From an uncultured Thioalkalivibrio sp. (GTDB lineage: Bacteria > Pseudomonadota > Gammaproteobacteria > Steroidobacterales > XN24): a DNA stretch of 64,000 nt. The translations under genes were made by a program, and so were the position numbers. Of the stretch, positions 49,856-58,845 are shown one piece after another (positions within the stretch are counted from its first letter, which is position 1; each line of letters begins with the position of its first letter). The DNA lies in contig CAYWYS010000002.1 of NCBI GenBank assembly GCA_964462675.1, positions 42,110-106,109 on the forward strand, written 5' to 3'. The notes below the pieces were generated by a model. That model was given only the letters and a program-made list of their open reading frames with translations, was not told the DNA's origin and made no database searches.

Positions 49856-52113
49856 GCCCCGGCCGCCGGCTCTGGATCACCGGGCAGGTCCAGGGGGTCG
49901 GCTTCCGCCCGTTCCTGTACCGCCTCGCGCAACGCCACGGCCTGGTCGGCTGGGCGAAGAATACTGTCGGTGAAGTCGAAGTGCTGGTGTGCGGCACGGC
50001 CGCGGCCCTGGACGCGTTCGCGCACGAGGTGATCGCCGACGCGCCGGCCATCGCCGCGCCGCGCCTGAGGCGGTTGGAGGACTGGCACGGCGCCTGCCCA
50101 GAGGCGTTCAGCATCCTGCCGAGCGAAGCCGGCGCGGAAGCGCGCATCTTCGTGCCGCCGGACTATTTCACCTGCGCCGACTGCCTCGCCGAACTGGCGG
50201 ATCCCGCCGACCGCCGCCGCGGCTACGCGTTCATCAACTGCACGCAGTGTGGTCCCCGTTACACGATCATCCGCGCCCTGCCCTACGACCGCGCCAACAC
50301 CTCGATGGCCGAGTTCCCGCTCTGCGCGGCCTGTCGCCGGGAGTACGAAAATCCCGCCGACCGGCGCTTTCATGCCGAACCCGTCGCCTGTCCGGCCTGC
50401 GGCCCTGCGCTGTCGTGGTCGGCACCCGGCGCCCCGCCGCCCGACCTCGCCCCAGCGGCGCTCGAGGCCTGCGTCGCGGCCCTGGCTGCGGGCCGGCTGG
50501 TCGCGGTCAAGGGCATCGGCGGTTATCACCTGGTCTGTGACGCCGGCAACGCCGCGGCGATCGCGCGCCTCCGGGAACTCAAGCCGCGGCCCGCCAAGCC
50601 GCTTGCGGTGATGTTCCCGCTCGCCGGCCCGGACGGGCTCGACGCGGTGCGGGACACCGCCGTGCCGACGGCGGCCGAGGCAGCCTTGCTGCTGAGCCCG
50701 CAACGGCCGATCGTGCTGGTGCGCAAGCGCGCCGGCACGCTGCCGGAACAGCTCGCGCCCGGGCTTGCGGAGCTCGGCGTCATGCTGCCTTACAGCCCCT
50801 TGCACGCGCTGTTGCTGGACACGCTGCGCCGCCCGCTGGTCGCCACCTCGGCCAACATCAGCGGCGAGCCGGTGCTGACCGACGGCCTCGAAGTGGAAAC
50901 GCGCCTGGCGCATCTCGTCGAGGGCTGCCTGCACCATGACCGGGCGATCGTGCGGCCGGCCGACGACTCGGTGTGGCGCAGCACCGGAGGTCGGCCGCGA
51001 CCGTTGCGGATCGGCCGCGGCTGCGCCCCCGTCGAAATCGAGCTGGCCGTGCGCCTGCAGACTCCCGTGCTGGCCGTCGGCGCGCACATGAAGAACACCC
51101 TGGCGCTGGCCTGGGACGACCGCTGCGTGGTGTCGCCGCACATCGGCGACATGGGCTCGGAGCGCAGCATGGAAGTCTTCGAGCAAGTCGCCGCCGACCT
51201 GCAGCGGCTCTATGGGGTGCGCGCCCAGGCGCTGGTCTGCGATGCCCATCCCGGCTATGCAACGGCCCGCTGGGCACGGCGCAGCGGCCTGCCGGTCAGC
51301 GAGATCCTGCATCACCATGCGCATGCCGGCGCGCTGGCCGCCGAGATGGGCTGCAGCGGCCCGCTGCTGGTGTTCGCCTGGGACGGCGTCGGTTATGGCG
51401 GCGATGGCAGCCTGTGGGGCGGCGAGGCTTTCCTCGGTCGCCCCGGCGCGTGGCGCCGCGTGGCGAGTTTCCGCCCGTTCCGCCTGTCGGGTGGCGAGCG
51501 CGCCGGGCGAGAACCCTGGCGCAGCGCCGCGGCCCTGTGCTGGGAGATCGGTGTCGACTGGCCCGCCTGCCCCGACCCTGAGGGACTCGCCCGGGCCGCC
51601 TGGGACCGTGGCCTGAACACGCCGGCGACCAGCGCCGTCGGCCGGCTGTTTGACGCGGCGGCGGCGCTGACCGGCCTGTGCCGGCACGCCAGCTATGAAG
51701 GCGAGGGACCGATGCGCCTCGAGGCAGCGTTGCTGGGTCCCGCGCCGGGCGACGCCACGGCCCTGCCGCTGGCCGCAGACGCCGGCGGGGTGCTGCGTGC
51801 CGACTGGGCGCCGCTGCTGGCGCCGCTGCTCGATGCATCCCGGCCGCTGCCCGAGCGCGCCGCGCTGTTCCACGAGAGCCTCGCACTGACCGCGGTCGCC
51901 ATGTACCGGGCGCTGCGCGCGATACATCCGATTGCCGGCGTGGGCGCGACCGGCGGCGTGCTGCAGAACCGCCGGCTTGCGGACCGCATGCTGGCGCTGT
52001 TCGCCGCGGAGCAGGTCGAGCTGGCGCTGCCCACCCGGCTGCCGGCCAACGATGCCTGCATCGCATTCGGCCAGGTCATCGAGTGGTCCGCAGGAGGCGC
52101 GCAAGCCGAGTAG
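49852..52113 (+). CDS. hypF: HypF carbamoyltransferase (probable CTG start)
   Basis: Acylphosphatase 'GQVQGVGFRPF', zinc fingers CADC/CTQC/CAAC/CPAC, 'KGIGGYHL', 'DAHPGY', 'HHHAH', 'DGVGYG'. Confidence 0.95.
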   Translation: MSPGRRLWITGQVQGVGFRPFLYRLAQRHGLVGWAKNTVGEVEVLVCGTAAALDAFAHEVIADAPAIAAPRLRRLEDWHGACPEAFSILPSEAGAEARIFVPPDYFTCADCLAELADPADRRRGYAFINCTQCGPRYTIIRALPYDRANTSMAEFPLCAACRREYENPADRRFHAEPVACPACGPALSWSAPGAPPPDLAPAALEACVAALAAGRLVAVKGIGGYHLVCDAGNAAAIARLRELKPRPAKPLAVMFPLAGPDGLDAVRDTAVPTAAEAALLLSPQRPIVLVRKRAGTLPEQLAPGLAELGVMLPYSPLHALLLDTLRRPLVATSANISGEPVLTDGLEVETRLAHLVEGCLHHDRAIVRPADDSVWRSTGGRPRPLRIGRGCAPVEIELAVRLQTPVLAVGAHMKNTLALAWDDRCVVSPHIGDMGSERSMEVFEQVAADLQRLYGVRAQALVCDAHPGYATARWARRSGLPVSEILHHHAHAGALAAEMGCSGPLLVFAWDGVGYGGDGSLWGGEAFLGRPGAWRRVASFRPFRLSGGERAGREPWRSAAALCWEIGVDWPACPDPEGLARAAWDRGLNTPATSAVGRLFDAAAALTGLCRHASYEGEGPMRLEAALLGPAPGDATALPLAADAGGVLRADWAPLLAPLLDASRPLPERAALFHESLALTAVAMYRALRAIHPIAGVGATGGVLQNRRLADRMLALFAAEQVELALPTRLPANDACIAFGQVIEWSAGGAQAE

Positions 52114-52165
52114 AATGGCAGGCTGATTACGCTGATAACCCGAGTCCGACGAGGAGACCACCGGC

Positions 52166-53179
52166 ATGGCGCTTGACGAGGCACGCATCGGCCTGGCCCA
52201 CGGCAATGGCGGCCGCTTCATGCGGGAGCTCATCCAGGAAGTGTTCGCGCGTCACCTCGGCGGCGGCATTCTCGATACCGACCTCGACGCCTGCCCGCTG
52301 CCGCAGCTGCCCGCCGGTGAGGTGGTTTTCACGACCGATGGTTTCATCGTGCAGCCGCTGGAGTTTCCCGGCGGCGACATCGGCTCGCTCGCGGTGCATG
52401 GCACGACGAACGATCTCGCCGTCGCCGGCGCGACGCCGCTGTACCTGTCGCTGAACGTATTCATCGAGGAGGGCCTCGAGGTCGAGGTGCTGGACCGGAT
52501 CGTTGCCAGCCTGGCGCGCGCGGCGCGCGAAACCGGCGTCCAGGTCGCCGCCGGCGACACCAAGGTGCTGCCGCGCGGCGAAGGCGGCGGCCTGTATCTT
52601 GCGACCACCGGCATCGGCGTGCGCCGGCCCGGAACGCGGCTCAGCATGGACCAGGTCAGGCCGGGTGATCGCGTGCTCGTCAGCGGCAGCGTCGGCGATC
52701 ATGGCATCTGCGTATTGCTGGCGCGCGAGCAGTTCGGCCTGCGCGGCGACCTTGCGTCCGACTCTGCCAGCGTATTGCCGTTGACCAGCGCGCTGCTGGA
52801 ACTCGACGGGCTGCGGTTCATGCGCGACCCGACGCGCGGCGGACTTGCGACCGTCGCCCACGAGATCGCGCGTGCTACCGGCTGCTCACTGCGGCTTTCG
52901 GAGGCGGCCATTCCCGTGCGGGATCCGGTGCGCAGCGTCTGCGAGATGCTGGGCTACGATCCGCTGTACCTCGCCTGCGAAGGCCGTGTCGTCGCAGTGC
53001 TGGCACCGGGCGATGCGGAGCGCGCGCTGGCAGCATGGCGTGCATTGCCGGGCGGCAAGGATGCGGCGATCATCGGCCACGTCGATCCCGAGGGCCGGCC
53101 GGTGATCATCGAGACGGAACTCGGCGGCCGACGGATGCTCGAGGAACTCGAGGACGATCCATTGCCGCGGATCTGCTGA
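52166..53179 (+). CDS. hypE: HypE
   Basis: 'LAHGNGG', 'TTDGF', 'GDTKV', 'MRDPTRGG', 'ACEG', terminal PRIC. Confidence 0.97.
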   Translation: MALDEARIGLAHGNGGRFMRELIQEVFARHLGGGILDTDLDACPLPQLPAGEVVFTTDGFIVQPLEFPGGDIGSLAVHGTTNDLAVAGATPLYLSLNVFIEEGLEVEVLDRIVASLARAARETGVQVAAGDTKVLPRGEGGGLYLATTGIGVRRPGTRLSMDQVRPGDRVLVSGSVGDHGICVLLAREQFGLRGDLASDSASVLPLTSALLELDGLRFMRDPTRGGLATVAHEIARATGCSLRLSEAAIPVRDPVRSVCEMLGYDPLYLACEGRVVAVLAPGDAERALAAWRALPGGKDAAIIGHVDPEGRPVIIETELGGRRMLEELEDDPLPRIC

Positions 53180-53194
53180 TCGGCAGCTTAGCTG

Positions 53195-54007
53195 ATGTCT
53201 TTCGTCGCCACCGGAATCATCACCCTGACCACTGACTTTGGGCTGCGGGACCCGTTCGTCGGTATCGTCAGGGGACGGATCCTGGGCCGGTTTGCGCCGG
53301 CCCGGATCGTCGACCTCAGCCACGGCATCGCCCGCGGCCGCGCCGACCTCGCCGGCTTCTGGCTGGCGCGGTGCTGGCGCGAGTTTCCGCCGGGCACGCT
53401 GCACCTCGCGGTCGTGGATCCCGGCGTCGGCACTTCGCGCCGCGTCGTGCTGGCCGCGGTGGATGGTCAGCTGTTGCTCGCGCCGGACAACGGGCTGCTG
53501 CCGGAAGCGCTGCGCGGCTGCACTGGGGTCCGCTGGCAGGCGATGGATTCCCGGCTGCCGGCCCGCCTTGGCCTGTGCCCGCTGTCGAGCACCTTCCACG
53601 GTCGCGACCTGTTCGCGCCGCTGGCGGCCGCGCTGGCCTCGGGCGAGCTCGACATGGAGGATTTCGGCCCGGCTGCGACGCCGCTGGATCCGTGCCCGCT
53701 GCCCGGCCCGAGCCGCAAGCCGGATGGCATCGTCGGCCGGGTCGTGCTGACCGATCGCTTCGGCAACCTGTTCACCAACATCGGCGCGGAGCTCGTCGCC
53801 CCGTGCCGGCAACCGACGCTCGAGACGCCTGACGGCCGGCACTGGCCGCTGCTGCAGACCTACGGCGACGTTGCCGCCGGCGCCGGCCTCGCGCTGGTCA
53901 ACGCCTTCGGTCTCGTGGAACTGGCCATCAACGGCGGCAGTGCCGCGGTTGCGCTGGGTCTGGGGGAAGGCGCCGCCGTCTGGCTGCGGGACGGCCTGGC
54001 CGCCTGA
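53195..54007 (+). CDS. DUF62 SAM hydroxide adenosyltransferase (SAM hydrolase)
   Basis: 'LTTDFG', 'VVDPGVGTSRR', 'APDNG', 'TFHGRDLF', 'DRFGNL'. Confidence 0.9.
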   Translation: MSFVATGIITLTTDFGLRDPFVGIVRGRILGRFAPARIVDLSHGIARGRADLAGFWLARCWREFPPGTLHLAVVDPGVGTSRRVVLAAVDGQLLLAPDNGLLPEALRGCTGVRWQAMDSRLPARLGLCPLSSTFHGRDLFAPLAAALASGELDMEDFGPAATPLDPCPLPGPSRKPDGIVGRVVLTDRFGNLFTNIGAELVAPCRQPTLETPDGRHWPLLQTYGDVAAGAGLALVNAFGLVELAINGGSAAVALGLGEGAAVWLRDGLAA

Positions 54008-54056
54008 GCGGCTTCGATTTTCTTATACTCGCTAAAGACACGGAAGGGTCCAGACA

Positions 54057-56105
54057 ATGAACAACGACAGAACCGACGCCATCCGCAACCTCGCCCTGAT
54101 CGGACCCGCCGGCGGCGGCAAGACCAGCGTCGCCGAGGCGCTGTTGTTTGCCGCCGGCGCGGTCAAGCAGCGCGGCCGCACGGAACGCGGCGATACGGTA
54201 TGCGATTTCGATCCGCGCGAGATCGCCATGGGGCATTCGCTCGATACCGCCGTCTGCCACCTGCGCTGGCAGGACACCGAGATCAACATCATCGACACGC
54301 CCGGGTTCACCGACTTCCTGCCGCGCGCGACCGCCGTGCTGCCGGCCGTCGAGTGCGCCGCGCTGGTCGTGTCGGCCGCGGGCGGCCTCGAGACGGGCGT
54401 GCGCCGCATGATGAAGGCCGCCGGCGATGCGGCGCTCGGCCGGCTGATCATTGTCAACAAGATGGACTCGGAGCCCGACAAGCTCCACGAGCTGCTCGCC
54501 GAGATCCAGGAAGCTTTCGGCCAGCGCTGCCTGCCGGTCAACCTGCCGAGCGACCACGGTCGCAAGGTCGTGGACTGCTTCTTCCGGGACAGCGGCGAGG
54601 GCACGGACTTTTCCAGCATCGCGGAGGCGCATACGAAGATCATCGACCAGGTCGTCGAGGTCGACGAGGCCCTGATGGAGGCGTACCTGGAATCGGGCCA
54701 GCATCTCGATCCGCAGCAGTTGCACGACGCCTTCGAGAAAGCCTTGCGGGAACGGCACCTTATCCCGGTGATCTTCGTCTCGGCCGAGACCGGCGCGGGC
54801 ATCGAGGCGCTACTCGACTATATCGTCAAGCTGCTGCCGAGCCCGCGCGAAGCCAACCCGCCGCCGTTCATGCGCGGCGAGGGCGAGACGGCGGAGCCGG
54901 TCGTGGTCACCGCGGAGCCCGACAAGCACGTCGTGGCGCATGTGTTCAAGATCGTCGTCGATCCCTATGTCGGCCGTACCGCGGTGCTGCGCGTGCACCA
55001 GGGCACGATCAAGACCGGCGCGCAGCTGTTCGTCGGCGACTCCCGCAAGCCGATCAAGCTGAACCATCTTTACCGCCTGCAGGGCAAGCAGTCGGCCGAG
55101 GCCGCCGCGGCGGGCCCGGGCGACATCGTCGCCGTCACGCGCATCGACAGCCTGAATTTCAACGACGTGCTGCATGACTCGCATGACGAGGACAACCTCC
55201 ACGTGCGCCTGCCCGAGGCGGCGCCGCCGATGATGGGCATCGCGATCAAGCCGGCGCAGCGCGGCAACGAGCAGAAACTATCGGACGCGCTGCACAAGCT
55301 GTGCGCCGAGGATCCGGCGCTGCGCGTGGAGCATCGTCCGTCCACCAACGAGACGGTCGTCCTGTGCAGCGGCGAGCTGCACCTGCGGCTGGTCATGGAA
55401 GCGATGAAGGAGCGCTTCAACGTCGAGGTCGAAACCCACCCGCCGACAATCCCTTACCGTGAAACGATCACCAAGCCCGCGGAGGGGCATCACCGGCACA
55501 AGAAGCAGACGGGGGGCGCCGGGCAGTTCGGCGAGGTCTACCTGCGCATCGCGCCGCTGCCGCGCGGCACCGGGTTCGAATTCGTCAGCGAGGTTGTCGG
55601 CGGCACGATTCCCCAGCAGTTCATTCCGGCCGTCGAGAAGGGCGTCCGCCAGGCGCTCGATTCGGGCGCCATCGCCGGCTTCCCGCTGCAGGACATCCGC
55701 GTGGCCGTTTACGACGGCAAGACGCATCCGGTGGATTCCAAGGAGGTCGCGTTCATCAGCGCGGGGCGGCGCGCCTTCATCGAGGCGATCAAGAACGCCG
55801 GACCGATCGTGCTGGAACCGATCGTGCAGTTGCAGGTGACCGTGCCGATCGATTCACTCGGCACCATCACCGGTCATTTGTCCTCGCGCCGCGGCCGTGT
55901 GCTCGGCTCGACTTCGCTGTCCGGCCTGCGGATCCAGGTCGATGCCGAGGCGCCGCTGGCGGAGCTGCAGGACTATGCCAACCAGTTGAAGTCCATGACC
56001 GGCGGCTCCGGCGCCTGGTCGATGCAGCTCGACCGCTACGAGCCGGTGCCGCCGAAGGTGCAACAGGAGCTGATGAGCGCTGCACGGACTGAAGAAGCGG
56101 ATTGA
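54057..56105 (+). CDS. Elongation factor G paralog (EF-G2/FusA-like)
   Basis: IRNLALIG, G1 GPAGGGKT, DTPG, NKMD, 'PYRETI', 'KKQTGGAGQFGEV', 'LEPI'; the RGITI switch is replaced by MGHSL. Confidence 0.92.
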   Translation: MNNDRTDAIRNLALIGPAGGGKTSVAEALLFAAGAVKQRGRTERGDTVCDFDPREIAMGHSLDTAVCHLRWQDTEINIIDTPGFTDFLPRATAVLPAVECAALVVSAAGGLETGVRRMMKAAGDAALGRLIIVNKMDSEPDKLHELLAEIQEAFGQRCLPVNLPSDHGRKVVDCFFRDSGEGTDFSSIAEAHTKIIDQVVEVDEALMEAYLESGQHLDPQQLHDAFEKALRERHLIPVIFVSAETGAGIEALLDYIVKLLPSPREANPPPFMRGEGETAEPVVVTAEPDKHVVAHVFKIVVDPYVGRTAVLRVHQGTIKTGAQLFVGDSRKPIKLNHLYRLQGKQSAEAAAAGPGDIVAVTRIDSLNFNDVLHDSHDEDNLHVRLPEAAPPMMGIAIKPAQRGNEQKLSDALHKLCAEDPALRVEHRPSTNETVVLCSGELHLRLVMEAMKERFNVEVETHPPTIPYRETITKPAEGHHRHKKQTGGAGQFGEVYLRIAPLPRGTGFEFVSEVVGGTIPQQFIPAVEKGVRQALDSGAIAGFPLQDIRVAVYDGKTHPVDSKEVAFISAGRRAFIEAIKNAGPIVLEPIVQLQVTVPIDSLGTITGHLSSRRGRVLGSTSLSGLRIQVDAEAPLAELQDYANQLKSMTGGSGAWSMQLDRYEPVPPKVQQELMSAARTEEAD

Positions 56106-56128
56106 GCAACACGCGATGTGCCGCAGTC

Positions 56129-56142
56129 TTGACTCAGGTCAA
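56129..56142. promoter_or_regulatory. FNR/DNR-like box upstream of the CBS-domain gene
   Basis: Perfect TTGAC-TCAG-GTCAA, centred about 63 nt upstream of the ATG at 56199 and flanked by a 10 bp inverted repeat (56118-56127 / 56146-56155). Confidence 0.65.
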
Positions 56143-56198
56143 TGCACTGCGGCACGACAGCGCGAAGATGGCTGCAAGCTTGATTGGAACCCGATCCC

Positions 56199-56630
56199 AT
56201 GCTGGACATCAGTGAACTCATGACACCGAGGCGCAGCCTCGTCATCATCGGCCCCGACGCCACCGTGGACGAGGCGCGGCGCACGATGGCAGCGCACGCG
56301 ATCCGCCATCTGCCGGTGCTGAACGAAGCAGGCGCACTCGTCGGCCTGGTGTCCCAGACGGATGTCCTGGTGGCGGGCAACGGCGCGGCGGAACGGGTCT
56401 GCGACATCATGGTCCGCGAAGTGGACACCGTCGACGAGCGCAGCAACGCGCTGCACGCGGCCTTGCGGATGTTCCGCAGCAAGCGCAGCTGCCTGCCGGT
56501 GATGCGCGACGGCAAGCTGCGGGGCATTGTCACCGATTCGGATTTCCTCAGCATCGCGATCACGCTGATGGAGCAGCTGGAAACAGCCGAACCCGATGAG
56601 GACACCGAGCTGACCGACGCGGCGTCCTGA
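56199..56630 (+). CDS. Tandem CBS-domain protein
   Basis: 'IRHLPVLNEAGALVGLVSQTDV', 'CLPVMRDGKLRGIVTDSDFL'. Confidence 0.92.
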   Translation: MLDISELMTPRRSLVIIGPDATVDEARRTMAAHAIRHLPVLNEAGALVGLVSQTDVLVAGNGAAERVCDIMVREVDTVDERSNALHAALRMFRSKRSCLPVMRDGKLRGIVTDSDFLSIAITLMEQLETAEPDEDTELTDAAS

Positions 56631-56646
56631 GCGGGCGCCTGCGCCG

Positions 56647-57837
56647 CTAGCCCGGGAACACCAGCGTCTCGCCGAGGTCGCCGACCGCCGGCAGGTTGCG
56701 CGCGGGACCGACGCCCTCGTTGAGCACCAGGCGGTAGCAGCCGACCTGGACGATGTCGCCTTGCCGCAGGCGCTGCTGCTTGACCGGGTGCTCGTTGACA
56801 CGGATTCCGTTCGTGCTGTTCAGGTCCACGATGGTCCAGTGGCCGCCCTCGCGGACCAGCATCGCGTGGTGCCGGCTGACGGAGTCATGGTCGAGCTGCA
56901 CATCGTTCCACGGATGGCGGCCGATCATCAGCCGCGACGCGTTCAGCCTGATGCGCGCGCGTGGCTCATGATCTTTCGAGATGTCCAGCGAGGCGATGCG
57001 CTGCGGCTTCGGCTGGTCCTCGGCGCTCAAGTTGCCGATGACCGCCTCGACGCGATGCACGTCGACCACCGTTTCCGCGGCATCCGCGGCGGCCTCCAGC
57101 GCGAGGCCGGCAATCCGATCGATCCGCGCCGGCAAGCCGCCGGACGCCTCGTAGATGCGCCGCGCGGCCGCCGCGGTGAACAGCGCCTGCGGACGCGTGG
57201 AACCGGCCGCCTCTGCACGGAATTCCAGGTAATCGCGGGTCTCAACGGCGCCGAGCGGCTCGAGGCGATGCTGCCAGCGAATCATCTGGCGCAGCGCATG
57301 CATCCGCGGCGCCGCGAGCTGCCGCTCGAGCGGCTCGCCGCCAAGCAGCACGAGCTTCAGGCGGCCGATGCGCACTGGCTCGAGCAGCGACAGCCAGCCG
57401 ATCTCCTCCATGATGCTGGCTGACACGACCTCGGGGTTTTCAACGACGATGACCGTCGTGACCCCGTGCTGTCGCTTCTGGCCGAGGAACACCTTGACCA
57501 GGCCGCGCATCTCCTCGCGGCTCGCCCTGATGCCCTCGAACCCGAAGCCTTCGATCAGGTCGGCGAGAAACTCGTCTGCGTCGGGAGACAAGCGCCCCAG
57601 TTTGGCGATGACCGCGTCCGGCATCGCATGGTCCAGCGCAAAATCCACTGTGCTGCTCTTGCCGGCGCCGCCCTCGCCCGTCAGCGCGACCAGCAGGTCG
57701 TTGGAATGCAGGGCGCGATCGAGGAATCCGACCGCGTCGCGGTGCTGCGGGCCAAGATAAAATGCGCCATGGGAAACCGCCGCGGCAAACGGCGAGTGCT
57801 GCAGGCCTAACAGTCGCAGGCTTTCGTCAGTGACCAC
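56647..57837 (-). CDS. ExeA/GspA-like AAA protein with a C-terminal FHA domain
   Basis: 'QHSPFA', Walker A GEGGAGKS, 'LKLVLLGGEPL', 'SGGLPARID'; FHA 'IGRHPWNDVQL...VSRHHA...DLNSTNG'. Confidence 0.85.
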   Translation of the reverse strand: MVTDESLRLLGLQHSPFAAAVSHGAFYLGPQHRDAVGFLDRALHSNDLLVALTGEGGAGKSSTVDFALDHAMPDAVIAKLGRLSPDADEFLADLIEGFGFEGIRASREEMRGLVKVFLGQKRQHGVTTVIVVENPEVVSASIMEEIGWLSLLEPVRIGRLKLVLLGGEPLERQLAAPRMHALRQMIRWQHRLEPLGAVETRDYLEFRAEAAGSTRPQALFTAAAARRIYEASGGLPARIDRIAGLALEAAADAAETVVDVHRVEAVIGNLSAEDQPKPQRIASLDISKDHEPRARIRLNASRLMIGRHPWNDVQLDHDSVSRHHAMLVREGGHWTIVDLNSTNGIRVNEHPVKQQRLRQGDIVQVGCYRLVLNEGVGPARNLPAVGDLGETLVFPG

Positions 57838-57890
57838 TACCTTGCACGCTCCTCGGCAAGTCCCTGATCATCGGCCCGTTCCGTGCCGGG

Positions 57891-58265
57891 TCAACGCCGC
57901 TCCCGGGCGCGCAGGCGCCGGAAGAAGTCGACCGGCGAGCGCTGCTTGTAATCGCGGAACTCGCCGGCATCGAAAAACACGCCATGGCAGACGCCACAGG
58001 ACTCGTACCAGATGTGCGGCTGCACGGCATCGACCATGCGGATCATCGGTCCTGCGCAGCGCGGACAGTGAATCCGGTCATCGCGGTTAAAGATCGCGCC
58101 GACCTCGGGGTCGCCGATGTCGATCGCCTCGGCGCCACGCATCGACTTCAGCTGTTCGTGCTCGAGGAGATCGAACCACAGCCCCTTGCAAAGCGTGCAG
58201 CGGTCCACCTCGATATCGCCGAATACGACCTGCTCCATGGCATGACTGCACTTCGGACAATCCAT
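57891..58265 (-). CDS. Double zinc-ribbon (zf-TFIIB-like) protein
   Basis: CPKC..CTLCKGLWFD and CPRC..CGVCHGVFFDAGEF. Confidence 0.88.
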   Translation of the reverse strand: MDCPKCSHAMEQVVFGDIEVDRCTLCKGLWFDLLEHEQLKSMRGAEAIDIGDPEVGAIFNRDDRIHCPRCAGPMIRMVDAVQPHIWYESCGVCHGVFFDAGEFRDYKQRSPVDFFRRLRARERR

Positions 58266-58347
58266 CAGGCCCCCTCCGGTGGACCTTTGAATCTACATCG
58301 CTGCACGCCGCGCGACAACAGCCCCCGCCGCCCCCCCCCGGGCCCGC

Positions 58348-58767
58348 TCACCACTCGCCGGTATTCGGCATGCTGGCCCAAGGCTCCCGCGGCGGCAAAG
58401 CCTCGCCCATCTGCAGCAATTCGATCGAAATGCGGTCCGGCGAGCGCACGAAGGCCATCCGCCCGTCGCGCGGCGGCCGGCTGATGACCACGCCGCCATC
58501 CAGCAGGCGCTGGCAGACTGCGTAGATGTCGTCGACCTCGTAGGCCAGGTGGCCGAAATTACGTGCGCTGCCGTACTCTTCGGGATCCCAGTTCCAGGTC
58601 AGCTCGACCTGGGCGTGCTCGTCACCGGGAGCGGACAGGAAGACGAGCGTGTAGCGGCCCACCTCATTGTCGCGCCGCCGCAAAAGCACCAGCCCGAGCT
58701 TGTTGCAATAGAACTCGAGCGAGGCCTCTAGGTCGCTGACCCGGACCATCGTGTGCAGGTATTTCAT
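58348..58767 (-). CDS. gloA: Glyoxalase I / VOC family protein
   Basis: 'YLHTMVRV', 'ELTWNW', '[11 protein letters not shown]', 'AFVRSPD..SIELL'. Confidence 0.9.
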   Translation of the reverse strand: MKYLHTMVRVSDLEASLEFYCNKLGLVLLRRRDNEVGRYTLVFLSAPGDEHAQVELTWNWDPEEYGSARNFGHLAYEVDDIYAVCQRLLDGGVVISRPPRDGRMAFVRSPDRISIELLQMGEALPPREPWASMPNTGEW

Positions 58768-58845
58768 GGCCGGTCTCCCGCCGCAGAGTCATGATCTGTT
58801 CCTAGTATAGTGGCAGCCTCGGCCACTCACTGCTGGAGACGCGGC

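Noticed and set aside
53195-54007. Fluorinase/chlorinase call for the DUF62 protein
   Set aside because: It keeps the hydrolase-type VDPGVGT.RR and TFHGRD residues, and no halometabolite cluster is nearby.
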